Shown: positions 1-12,062 of the stretch, in pieces
Position numbering within the stretch: the stretch's first letter is position 1
How the letters are laid out: the number at the start of each line of letters is the position of its first letter
From: Phyllobates terribilis
Taxonomy: Eukaryota
NCBI RefSeq assembly: GCF_046119375.1
Contig: NW_027362768.1
Span: 370,140,001 to 370,204,000 of the forward strand
Direction of reading: 5' to 3'
DNA length: 64,000 nucleotides
Notes under the pieces: generated by a model
What the model saw: only the letters and a program-made list of their open reading frames with translations
What the model was told of the DNA's origin: nothing
Database searches by the model: none
Made by a program: the position numbers and the translations under genes

Positions 1-975
1 AATATGTAACCTCAGCTTAGAGTCTACAATTTAAAGCCCAGCTGTATCTAAGCTAAGGGTGCATATTAGGTTTGCTATCAGCAAGTTTTTAGCAACTAGT
101 CTAACCTTACTCAAGTTCACAACTCAAGACCAAGTTGACTTCAGTAAGCTCAGTCTAGTTCATAAGGACTTGCTAATGGCAAACCTAATATGTAACCTCA
201 GCTTAGAGACATCTTGGCCTTGAGCTGTAGACTTGAGTAAGTTCAGACTGGTTGCTAAGTATTTGCTGATTCCCAATCTTATATGTAATCTCATTTTAGA
301 AACAACTTGGCCTTGATTTCTCAATTTGAGTAAGCTCAGTCTAGTTGCTAAGAACGTCCCCACATACAACTTAACATATAATCTCAATTTAATGACAACC
401 TGCCCTTAAGTTGTACACTTACGAAAGCTCAGTCTAGTTGCTAGGTACTTGTTGAAGTCTAACCTAATACATAGCCTCAGTTTAGAGACAACTTGGACCC
501 TGAGTTTTAGACTTGATTAAGCTCAGTCTGGTTGCTAAGGATTTGCTGATTGCCAATCTAATATATAATCTCATTTTAGAGACAACCTGGCCTTGATTTC
601 TAAATTTGAGTAAGCTCAGTTTAGTTGCTAAGAACTTCGCGAGAAACAGTCTAATACATAATCTCGATTTAGTGACAAATTCCCTTGAGTTGAAGACTTA
701 TAAAGCCGAGTCTAGTTGCTAAGAACTTTCCGACAGACAACTCAATATATAATCTCAATTTAGTGACAACTTGATCTTGAGTTGAAGACTTAAGAAAGCT
801 CAGTGTAGTTGCTAGGGACTTCCTGAAGGCCAACCTAATATATAGCCTAAGTTTAGAGACAACTTGGACCTTGAGTAGTAGACTTGAGTAAGCTCAGTCT
901 AGTCACTAGGGACGGCAGCCTTATAACTTCAGCTCAATAACAACTTGGGCCTTGATTTGTAGGCTTCAGTAAGCT
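1..975. repeat. Degenerate ~93-bp tandem repeat (runs off the left edge)
   Basis: The motif GTAAGCTCAGTCTAGTTGCTAAG recurs at about 144, 237, 330, 423, 517, 610, 701, 794 and 887. Confidence 0.85.
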
Positions 976-2594
976 CAGACTGGTTGCTAAGGACTTGTTG
1001 TCTACTGTTAGGCGATGTATCCATAGCAACCAGTCTGACTTAAATATCTGATAATCTTATAGGGCGTTCAGCAGCCATTATCATCTCCTCTTCCTGCCTT
1101 ATTAATCAGATATTTTTTCTAAAAATCACTTTATAAAACCAGTCATTCTTCTTGTGACTTACTGGAAACCAGTGACACCCCCGAGGCTTATGGTAATCGT
1201 CAGCGTTCTAGATACATTTCCATTAATTTATCGAACAGTCAAAGGTGCTTGTATCTATACACGGGATTCCCTACAGTGTCTGTATGTAAATATACAATAT
1301 ATACTTTATAAATGCATTATATAAGAAAATGGCTGTAAACCAGAATAAAAAAAAAAAAAAGAATCCAGGGACTGTAATATGGTGCTATGACGACCTCCAG
1401 CCAAGCATATTGCTTGCATTAGTGTTGCAGATTATTATAAATCGCTTACTATTTTTTTTATTATCCTTAGGTTTTTCTTTTTGTATTTTTTCTTGCCCCA
1501 TTATCCACCAGGTATCTGTTCCAGTATTGCTCGTGTCATTTGCTGCTAAGTTAGACCCTAAATCTAAAAAAAAAATAGCAATATTCCTTTTTAATAATGC
1601 ACCATTTTTTTTACCAGCATCATCTTCCATCCTTACATTTCCTTAATGCTAAGTTCACACGTTGCAACTTTTCTGCAGCAAAAAGTGCGGATTTTTGCCA
1701 AGGATTTGGTGCAGATTTCGCCCGATTCCATCGCAAAGGTTTTAAATCCGCTCTGAATCCACATAAAAGGATTGATACAATGCAGGTGTACCAAAAATCA
1801 GAAAATATCCGCAGTGTGCAGCAGACAATTTATTAGATGTCACCTACTGATCTGGATCTGAGGATTTTCTACAAGCAAATCATCGTGGAAAATCTGCACC
1901 CAAAATAAGCGACGTGTGACTTAACCTTAAGGTTTCACTGCAGCAAACGTAATGACATTTCCCATGATGTTTTAGTCATTTCTAGCTGATAACACCACCA
2001 TAACCATTCACATCTAAACCCAAAAAAAGAACAATATCTCATGTCCAGTAAATTCCAAGTAATTCCTGGCTAGATTTAATCATATTACATGTAAAGCGCC
2101 ATGGAATAAATGGCGCAATAATAATAATAAATAATAATAATTACATTTTATTTTCACATTTAAAGGGCAACTCCAGCCGTGAAAAAGGAAAAAATTGGTG
2201 CTACCTGCATTCTTGTCTGTAGGTGGCAGTATTATAGTCGTTCTATTCTTAACCAAAGAGAGGAGCATTACAGCAGCTATAGCATTTACCGTAGTGTTAT
2301 TTGGAGATAAAGATATTATTTATGCATTACATGGCGGTTTTATTTTATACATTTTGACATTTTCAGAAAAACTGTAAAATTATTATTTAGATGTCAATAC
2401 CAAAAGGGAATTTGTAATCAGAAAATAACTTATTTTCAAAATCAGCTTTTTATGTTAAATTGAATTAAAAAAAAAACAATTGATAATGTATTTTTTTTAA
2501 CTTTCTATATCACTAGCATAAAAAATCAGATATCTTTCAATTTTCACTAGAATAACACTTTTTGTTCTGTACAATGACTTGTCAACATTCAGCA

Positions 2595-4825
2595 CCATTC
2601 ACAATAGGTGATTTCACAGCTCACCTTCTCCTCCTCCTCTACAATGACTGATACAGTATACAGTATGACTGATATCTATACAGTAGATAACACAGGATCC
2701 ACCATTCACAATAGGTGATGTCCCAGCTCACCTCCTCCCCCTCCTGTACAATGACTGATAACATCTATATACAGTAGATAACACAGGATCCACCATTCAC
2801 AATAGGTGATGTCACAGCTCACCTCCTCCTCCTCTACAATGACTGATAACATCTATGTATAGTAGATAACACAGATCCCACCATTCACAATAGGTGATTT
2901 CACAGCTCACCTTCTCCTCCTCCTCTACAATGACTGATAACATCTATATACAGTAGATAACACAGATCCCACCATTCACAATAGATGATGTCACAGCTCA
3001 CCTCCTCCTCCTGTACAATGACTGATAACAGCTATATACAGTAGATAACACAGATCCTACCATTCACAATAGGTGATGTCACAGCTCACCTCCTCCTCCT
3101 CCTCTACAATGACTGATAACATCTATATATAGTAGATAACACAGATCCCACCATTCACAATAGGTGATTTCACAGCTCACCTTCTCCTCCTCCTCTACAA
3201 TGACTGATAACATCTATATACAGTAGATAACACAGATCCCACCATTCACAATAGGTGATGTCACAGCTCACCTCCTCCCCCTCCTGTACAATGACTGATA
3301 ACATCTATATACAGTAGATAACACAGATTCTACCATTCACAATAGGTGATGTCACAGCTCACCTCCTCCTCCTCCTCTAAAATGACTGATAACATTATAT
3401 ATAGTAGATGACACAGATCCCATGATTCACAATAGGTGATTTCACAGCTCACCTTCTCCTCCTCCTCCTCTACAATGACTGATAACATCTATATACAGTA
3501 GATAACACAGATCCCACCATTCACAATAGGTGATGTCACAGCTCACCTCCTCCCCCTCCTGTACAATGACTGATAACATCTATATACAGTAGATAACACA
3601 GATTCTACCATTCACAATAGGTGATGTCACAGCTCACCTCCTCCTCCTCCTCTAAAATGACTGATAACATTATATATAGTAGATGACACAGATCCCATGA
3701 TTCACAATAGGTGATTTCACAGCTCACCTTCTCCTCCTCCTCTACAATGACTGATAACATCTATATACAGTAGATAACACAGATCCCACCATTCACAATA
3801 GGTGATGTCACAGCTCACCTCCTCCCCCTCCTGTACAATGACTGATAACATCTATATACAGTAGATAACACAGATTCTACCATTCACAATAGGTGATGTC
3901 ACAGCTCACCTCCTCCTCCTCCTCTAAAATGACTGATAACATTATATATAGTAGATGACACAGATCCCATGATTCACAATAGGTGATTTCACAGCTCACC
4001 TTCTCCTCCTCCTCTACAATGACTGATAACATCTATATACAGTAGATAACACAGATCCCACCATTCACAATAGGTGATGTCACAGCTCACCTCCTCCTTC
4101 TCCTGTACAATGACTGATAACACCTCTATATACAGTAGATAGCACAGGATCCACCATTCACAATAGGTGATGTCACAGCTCACCTCCCCCCTCCTGTACA
4201 ATGACTGATAACATCTATATACAGTAGATAACACAGATCCCACCATTCACAATAGGTGATGTCACAGCTCACCTCCTCCTCCTCCTCTACAATGACTGAT
4301 AACATCTATATACAGTAGATAACACAGATCCCACCATTCACAATAGGTGATGTCACAGCTCACCCCCCCCCCTCCTGTACAATGACTGATAACACCTCTA
4401 TATACAATAGATAACACAGGATCCACCACTCACAATATGTGATGTCACAGCTCACCTCCTCCTCCTTTACAACAATTAATAACACCTCTATATATAGTAA
4501 ATAACACAGGATCCATCATTCACAATAGGTGATGTCACAGCTCACCTCCTCCTCCTGTACAATGACTGATAACACCTCTATATACAGTAGATAACACAGG
4601 ATCCACCATTCACAATAGGTGATGTCACAGCTTACCTCCTCCTCCTGTACAATGACTCATAACACCTTTATATACAGTAGATAACACAGGATCCACCATT
4701 CACAATAGGTGATGTCACAGCTCACCTCCTCCTCCTCCTGTACAATGACTGATAACACCTCTATATACAGTAGAAAACACATGATCCACTATGTGCAATA
4801 GGAGATGTCACATCTCACCTCCTCC
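2595..4825. repeat. 88-92-bp tandem array, about 25 copies
   Basis: Unit CACCATTCACAATAGGTGATGTCACAGCTCACCTCCTCC...TACAATGACTGATAACATCTATATACAGTAGATAACACAGATCC. Unit length varies with the (CCT)n tract. Confidence 0.95.
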
Positions 4826-5383
4826 ACCATAAAGCAAACTTAAAAAATAGGTACTTTTCTGCCAATTCCCTTTCATGTATAATGGTTGTGCATATAACTT
4901 GTGGCCGGAGTTGCTCTTTATTTCATCGGTTATGGCTGGTGCAGGAATACTGGACTTCTGGGCTCATGTTTGCATCTGTACCTAAATCTACACCGTTTGT
5001 ACTACTGCCTGAAATAAAAAGATTTTATTTAAAGTGAATAGTAAACTGAATGCCGTGCGTCATTACTTTCTGTATTATTATATTATATAGTCATTCAAAT
5101 GGACGGTGAAATCTGCCGGGACAGAACTCTCTGCTTCTCCACCATAGCTAACAAAAAGGAGCCCCGAGTGGACAGGACCTCTATGATGTTCATACTGTAT
5201 ATCCTTTAATGAAACTTGTAGGAGGAGAAGCGACTTCCTTTCTTACTCAGATCTTCATTAAACTACAATTCCCAGCAATTTATCTAATCTGACATTATAA
5301 TACAGGTGCATCTCACTAAATTAGAATAACATCAAAAAGTTTATTTATTTCAGTTCTTCAATCCAAAAAGTGAAACTCCTATA

Positions 5384-6304
5384 TTATATAGAGTCATTAC
5401 ACACAGAGGGATCTATTATATAGAGTCATTACACACAGAGGGATCTATTATATAGAGTCATTACACACAGAGGGATCTATTATATAGAGTCATTACACAC
5501 AGAGGGATCTATTATATAGAGTCATTACACACAGAGGGATCTATTATATAGAGTCATTACACACAGAGGGATCTATTATATAGAGTCATTACACACAGAG
5601 GGATCTATTATATAGAGTCATTACACACAGAGGGATCTATTATATAGAGTCATTACACACAGAGGGATCTATTATATAGAGTCATTACACACAGAGGGAT
5701 CTATTATATAGAGTCATTACACACAGAGGGATCTATTATATAGAGTCATTACACAGAGGGATCTATTATATAGTCATTACACACAGAGGAATCTATTATA
5801 TAGAGTCATTACACACAGAGGGATCTATTATATAGTCATTACACACAGAGGGATCTATTATATAGAGTCATTACACACAGAGGGATCTATTATATAGTCA
5901 TTACACACAGAGGGATCTATTATATAGAGTCATTACACACAGAGGGATCTATTATATAGAGTCATTACACACAGAGCGATCTATTATATAGAGTCATTAC
6001 ACACAGAGGGATCTATTATATAGAGTCATTACACACAGAGGGATCTATTATATAGAGTCATTACACACAGAGGGATCTATTATATAGAGTCATTACACAC
6101 AGAGGGATCTATTATATAGAGACATTACACACAGAGGGATCTATTATATAGAGACATTATATAATAGATCACTCTGTGTGTAGAGTCATTACACACAGAG
6201 GGATCTATTATATAGAGTCATTACACACAGAGGGATCTATTATATAGAGTCATTACACACAGAGGGATCTATTATATAGAGTCATTACACACAGAGTGAT
6301 CTAT
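5384..6304. repeat. 32-bp minisatellite in the left arm of the Tc1 derivative, about 29 copies
   Basis: Unit TATAGAGTCATTACACACAGAGGGATCTATTA. Confidence 0.97.
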
Positions 6305-6616
6305 TTCACGTGTTTATTTCTGTTAATGTTGATGATTATGGCTTACAGCCAATGAAAACACTAAAGTCATTATCTCAGTAAATTAGAATAATTAACAAAA
6401 AACACCTGCAAAGGCTTCCTACGCATTTAAAAAGGTCCCTTAGTTTGTTTCAGTAGGCTCCACAATGATGGGGAAGACTGCTGACTTGACAGATGTCCAG
6501 AAGGCAGTCACTGACACACTCCACAAGGTCCCAGAGTCTGGAGGAAGAGTGGAGAGGCCACAATCCAAGCTGCTGGAGGTCTAGTGTGAAGTCTCCACAA
6601 TCAGTGATGGTTTGGG

Positions 6617-8964
6617 TGTAATGACTCTATATAATAGATCCCTCTGTGTGTAATGGCTTTATATAATAGATCCCTCTGTGTGTAATGACCCTATATAATA
6701 GATCCCTCTGTGTGTAATGACTCTATATAATAGATCCCTCTGTGTGTAATGACTCTATATAATAGATCCCTCTGTGTGTAATGACTCTATATAATAGATC
6801 ACTCTGTTTGTAATGACTCTATATAATAGATCACTCTGTGTGTAATGACTCTATATAATAGATCCCTCTGTGTGTAATGACTCTATATAATAGATCACTC
6901 TGTGTGTAATGACTCTATATAATAGATCCCTCTGTGTTTAATGACTCTATATAATAGATCACTCTGTGTGTAATGACTCTATATAATAGATCACTCTGTT
7001 TGTAATGACTCTATATAATAGATCACTCTGTGTGTAATGACTCTATATAATAGATCCCTCTGTGTGTAATGACTCTATATAATAGATTCCTCTGTGTGTA
7101 ATGACTCTATATAATAGATCCCTCTGTGTGTAATGACTCTATATAATAGATCCCTCTGTGTGTAATGACTCTATATAATAGATCCCTCTGTGTGTAATGA
7201 CTATATAATAGATCCCTCTGTGTGTAATGACTCTATATAATAGATCACTCTGTGTGTAATGACTCTATATAATAGATCCCTCTGTGTGTAATGACTCTAT
7301 ATAATAGATCCCTCTGTGTGTAATGACTCTATATAATAGATCCCTCTGTGTGTAATGACTCTATATAATAGATCACTCTGTTTGTAATGACTCTATATAA
7401 TAGATCACTCTGTGTGTAATGACTCTATATAATAGATCCCTCTGTGTGTAATGACTATATAATAGATCCCTCTGTGTGTAATGACTCTATATAATAGATC
7501 ACTCTGTGTGTAATGACTCTATATAATAGATCCCTCTGTGTGTAATGACTCTATATAATAGATCCCTCTGTGTGTAATGACTCTATATAATAGATCCCTC
7601 TGTGTGTAATGACTCTATATAATAGATCACTCTGTTTGTAATGACTCTATATAATAGATCACTCTGTGTGTAATGACTCTATATAATAGATCCCTCTGTG
7701 TGTAATGACTCTATATAATAGATCCCTCTGTGTGTAATGACTCTATATAATAGATCCCTCTGTGTGTAATGACTCTATATAATAGATCCCTCTGTGTGTA
7801 ATGACTCTATATAATAGATCCCTCTGTGTGTAATGACTCTATATAATAGATCCCTCTGTGTGTAATGACTCTATATAATAGATCCCTCTGTGTGTAATGA
7901 CTCTATATAATAGATCCCTCTGTGTGTAATGACTCTATATAATAGATCCCTCTGTGTGTAATGACTCTATATAATAGATCCCTCTGTGTGTAATGACTAT
8001 ATAATAGATCCCTCTGTGTGTAATGACTCTATATAATAGATCACTCTGTGTGTAATGACTCTATATAATAGATCCCTCTGTGTGTAATGACTCTATATAA
8101 TAGATCCCTCTGTGTGTAATGACTCTATATAATAGATCCCTCTGTGTGTAATGACTCTATATAATAGATCACTCTGTTTGTAATGACTCTATATAATAGA
8201 TCACTCTGTGTGTAATGACTCTATATAATAGATCCCTCTGTGTGTAATGACTATATAATAGATCCCTCTGTGTGTAATGACTCTATATAATAGATCACTC
8301 TGTGTGTAATGACTCTATATAATAGATCCCTCTGTGTGTAATGACTCTATATAATAGATCCCTCTGTGTGTAATGACTCTATATAATAGATCCCTCTGTG
8401 TGTAATGACTCTATATAATAGATCACTCTGTTTGTAATGACTCTATATAATAGATCACTCTGTGTGTAATGACTCTATATAATAGATCCCTCTGTGTGTA
8501 ATGACTCTATATAATAGATCCCTCTGTGTGTAATGACTCTATATAATAGATCCCTCTGTGTGTAATGACTCTATATAATAGATCCCTCTGTGTGTAATGA
8601 CTCTATATAATAGATCCCTCTGTGTGTAATGACTCTATATAATAGATCCCTCTGTGTGTAATGACTCTATATAATAGATCCCTCTGTGTGTAATGACTCT
8701 ATATAATAGATCCCTCTGTGTGTAATGACTCTATATAATAGATCCCTCTGTGTGTAATGACTCTATATAATAGATCCCTCTGTGTGTAATGTCTCTATAG
8801 AATAGATCCCTCTGTGTGTAATGACTCTATATAATAGATCCCTCTGTGTGTAATGACTCTATATAATAGATCCCTCTGCGTGTAATGTCTCTATAGAATA
8901 GATCCCTCTGTGTGTAATGACTCTATATAATAGATCCCTCTGCGTGTAATCACTCTATATAATA
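6617..8964. repeat. Same 32-bp minisatellite, inverted, in the right arm, about 73 copies
   Basis: Unit TAATAGATCCCTCTGTGTGTAATGACTCTATA, the reverse complement of the left-arm unit. Confidence 0.97.
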
Positions 8965-9329
8965 TAGGAGTTTCACTTTTTGTATTAAAGAACTGAAATA
9001 AATTAACTTTTTGATGATATTCTAATTTTGTGAGATGCACCTGTATATGTGGACATATTCTGCCCCCCACATCACACCTCCATGATCTTTTCTCACCTCC
9101 CATCCTACATTCGCAGACATTAATATGCAGTCGTCCCCTCTGCAGATATAATGGCTCCGTTCTTCTGGGAAAGATTTCTATAAGATTTTGGAGGCGTCTG
9201 TGGGAATTTTTGCACCTTCATCTAGAAGACCATTTGTGAGGTCAGACCCTGATATTGGGGGAGGTCAGGCTCAGTCTCCACTATAGGATGAGGCTGAAGT
9301 CCGGGCTCATGTTCTCCCCTCCATGTCTG

Positions 9330-10290
9330 TATTAATCTTGTGCAGAAAAGGGCGAACCCCAAACTGTTCCCACAAAGCTGATGCTACAATTGTCCACAAT
9401 GTTTTGTGCTGAAGATTAAGATTTTTCACTAGAACTAAGGGTCCAATGCTGACCCCTGATAACAGCCCATGGCATTATCCTTCCCCACCATCTGTACAGG
9501 GGGCACAATGCAGTCAAGGGGGGGAACGTCCTTCTGGAATCACCAGACTCCTCCATCAGATAGAGAAGTGTGATCCGTCACTGCACAGAGCACGTCTCCT
9601 CCACAGTCCAGTGGTGGCCAGGGCTGTGGAGTTGGTAAGCCAAACCTCCGACTCCCTCATACACGGCTCATGTTTAAGTGATAAATTTATTGTAGCACAG
9701 ATTCATCTCATCTAAAAGTCCAGACCCTGAGATCAGGAATAGGACAGACATTTATAGGACATTTCATAACTTTCCTAAATTATTATGAAAAAAAAATATT
9801 CCCCACAAACTGCATTGAACTACTGTACCCAATGTATTATATATTTTAGGAGACGGAGTCAGTTCATTTTATACCGACTCTGACTCCACGACTCCGACTC
9901 CACAGCCCTGGTGGCGGCTTTACACCACTCCATCTGACGCTCGGCATTGTGCTTGGTGATGTACGGCTGCATGCAGCTGCTCGGCCGTGAAGCTCCCGGC
10001 GGGGGCGCAGTGTTTGTGCTGATGTTATACCAGAGGATGTCTGGACTCTGCAGTTATGGGGTCAGCAGAGCGGTGGTGACTTTTCTGCCCTCTGCTCCTC
10101 AGCACTAGGCCCCCCACTCTGTAACGTTATGGGGTCTCCACTTCATGGGTGAGTTGCTGCGGTTCCTTCCACTTCTCAATAATATCACTGACAGGTGATG
10201 GGGGAAGATTCAGGAGGTAGAAATGTCGTGGGCGGACTTGTTACCCCGGTGGCTCCTATTACAGGACCTCGCTGGTAACAGGGGGCTCTG
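9330..10290 (-). pseudogene. Decayed Tc1-like transposase relic, interrupted by a hAT MITE
   Basis: The minus strand reads ITKHNAERQMEWCKAA (right of the MITE) and RRALCSDGSHFS (9563-9597), which resemble the Tc1 ...RLEWCK...WT...VLWSDESRF region. Boundaries are approximate. Confidence 0.6.
9619..9910. mobile_element. hAT-type MITE, 292 bp
   Basis: TIRs CAGGGCTGTGGAGT / ACTCCACAGCCCTG. The 8-bp flanks are GTGGTGGC and GTGGCGGC (target duplication with one mismatch). Confidence 0.85.
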
Positions 10291-10389
10291 CACCACCGGC
10301 CGCTCTGTCACATAATAATAATTTTTCTTTTCATAGCGCCAACATATTCTGCAGCACTTTACAATTTACATGGTAGTAAAGACAGATGG

Positions 10390-12062
10390 CATGGCGGGGG
10401 GCCAGAGGTTATATACAAGGGGGGCCTGGGGTTATACACCGGAGGCAGTGGGGCCGGGCATTATACACTGGTGGGGTGGGGGGCCGGAGGTTATATACAA
10501 GGGGGGCCTGGGGTTATACACCGGAGGCAGTGGGGCCGGGCATTATACACTGGTGGGGTGGGGGGCCGGAGGTTATATACAAGGGGGGCCTGGGGTTATA
10601 CACCGGAGGCAGTGGGGCCGGGCATTATACACTGGTGGGGTGGGGGGCCGGAGGTTATATACAAGGGGGGCCTGGGGTTATACACCGGAGGCAGTGGGGC
10701 CGGGCATTATACACTGGTGGGGCAGGGGGCCAGAGGTTATATACAAGGGGGGCCTGGGGTTATACACCGGAGGCAGTGGGGCCGGGCATTATACACTGGT
10801 GGGGTGGGGGGCCAGAGGTTATATACAAGGGGGGCCTGGGGTTATACACCGGAGGCAGTGGGGCCGGGCATTATACACTGGTGGGGCGGGGGGCCAGAGG
10901 TTATATACAAGGGGGGCCTGGGGTTATACACCGGAGGCAGTGGGGCCGGGCATTATACACTGGTGGGGTGGGGGGCCGGAGGTTATATACAAGGGGGGCC
11001 TGGGGTTATACACCGGAGGCAGTGGGGCCGGGCATTATACACTGGTGGGGTGGGGGGCCGGAGGTTATATACAAGGGGGGCCTGGGGTTATACACCGGAG
11101 GCAGTGGGGCCGGGCATTATACACTGGTGGGGCAGGGGGCCAGAGGTTATATACAAGGGGGGCCTGGGGTTATACACCGGAGGCAGTGGGGCCGGGCATT
11201 ATACACTGGTGGGGTGGGGGGCCAGAGGTTATATACAAGGGGGGCCTGGGGTTATACACCGGAGGCAGTGGGGCCGGGCATTATACACTGGTGGGGCGGG
11301 GGGCCAGAGGTTATATACAAGGGGGGCCTGGGGTTATACACCGGAGGCAGTGGGGCCGGGCATTATACACTGGTGGGGTGGGGGACCGGAGGTTATGTAC
11401 AAGGGGGGCCTGGGGTTATACACCGGAGGCAGTGGGGCCGGGCATTATACACTGGTGGGGCGGGGGGCCGGAGGTTATATACAAGGGGGGCCTGGGGTTA
11501 TACACCGGAGGCAGTGGGGCCGGGCATTATACACTGGTGGGGTGGGGGACCGGAGGTTATGTACAAGGGGGGCCTGGGGTTATACACCGGAGGCAGTGGG
11601 GCCGGGCATTATACACTGGTGGGGCGGGGGGCCGGAGGTTATGTACAAGGGGGGCCTGGGGTTATACACCGGAGGCAGTGGGGCCGGGCATTATACACTG
11701 GTGGGGTGGGGGGCCGGAGGTTATGTACAAGGGGGGCCTGGGGTTATACACCGGAGGCAGTGGGGCCGGACATTATACACTGGTGGGGTGGGGGGCCGGA
11801 GGTTATATACAAGGGGGGCCTGGGGTTATACACCGGAGGCAGTGGGGCCGGACATTATACACTGGTGGGGGGCCAGAGGTTATATACAAGGGGGGACCTG
11901 GGGTTATACACCGGAGGCAGTGGGGCCGGACATTATACACTGGCGGGGTGGGGGGCCGGAGGTTATATACAAGGGGGGCCTGGGGTTATACACCGGAGGC
12001 AGTGGGGCCGGACATTATACACTGGCGGGGTGGGGGGCCGGAGGTTATACACCGGGGGGGGG
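10390..12062. repeat. 82-bp G-rich minisatellite, about 20 copies
   Basis: TTATATACAAGGGGGGCC recurs at 10491, 10573 and onward. The unit contains three TTATA(TA)CA sub-repeats and several G-runs. Confidence 0.95.

Larger units (their letters stand above)
5303..9043 (+). mobile_element. Internally deleted Tc1-like transposon with minisatellite-expanded inverted arms
   Basis: TIRs are CAGGTGCATCTCAC(T/A)AAATTAGAATA... from 5303 and the reverse complement ending at 9043, with TA on both flanks (5301-5302, 9044-9045). The centre keeps transposase fragments MGKTADLTDVQKAVTDTLHK (ATG at 6468) and a VWRKSGE...SVK.PQSVMVWG-like stretch (~6538-6616). Confidence 0.9.

Noticed and set aside
5384-8964. 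Regularly spaced 32-bp repeats as a CRISPR array
   Set aside because: The units are head-to-tail with no unique spacers, there are no cas genes, and the context is eukaryotic. The same applies to the 29-, 31-, 47- and 52-bp arrays.
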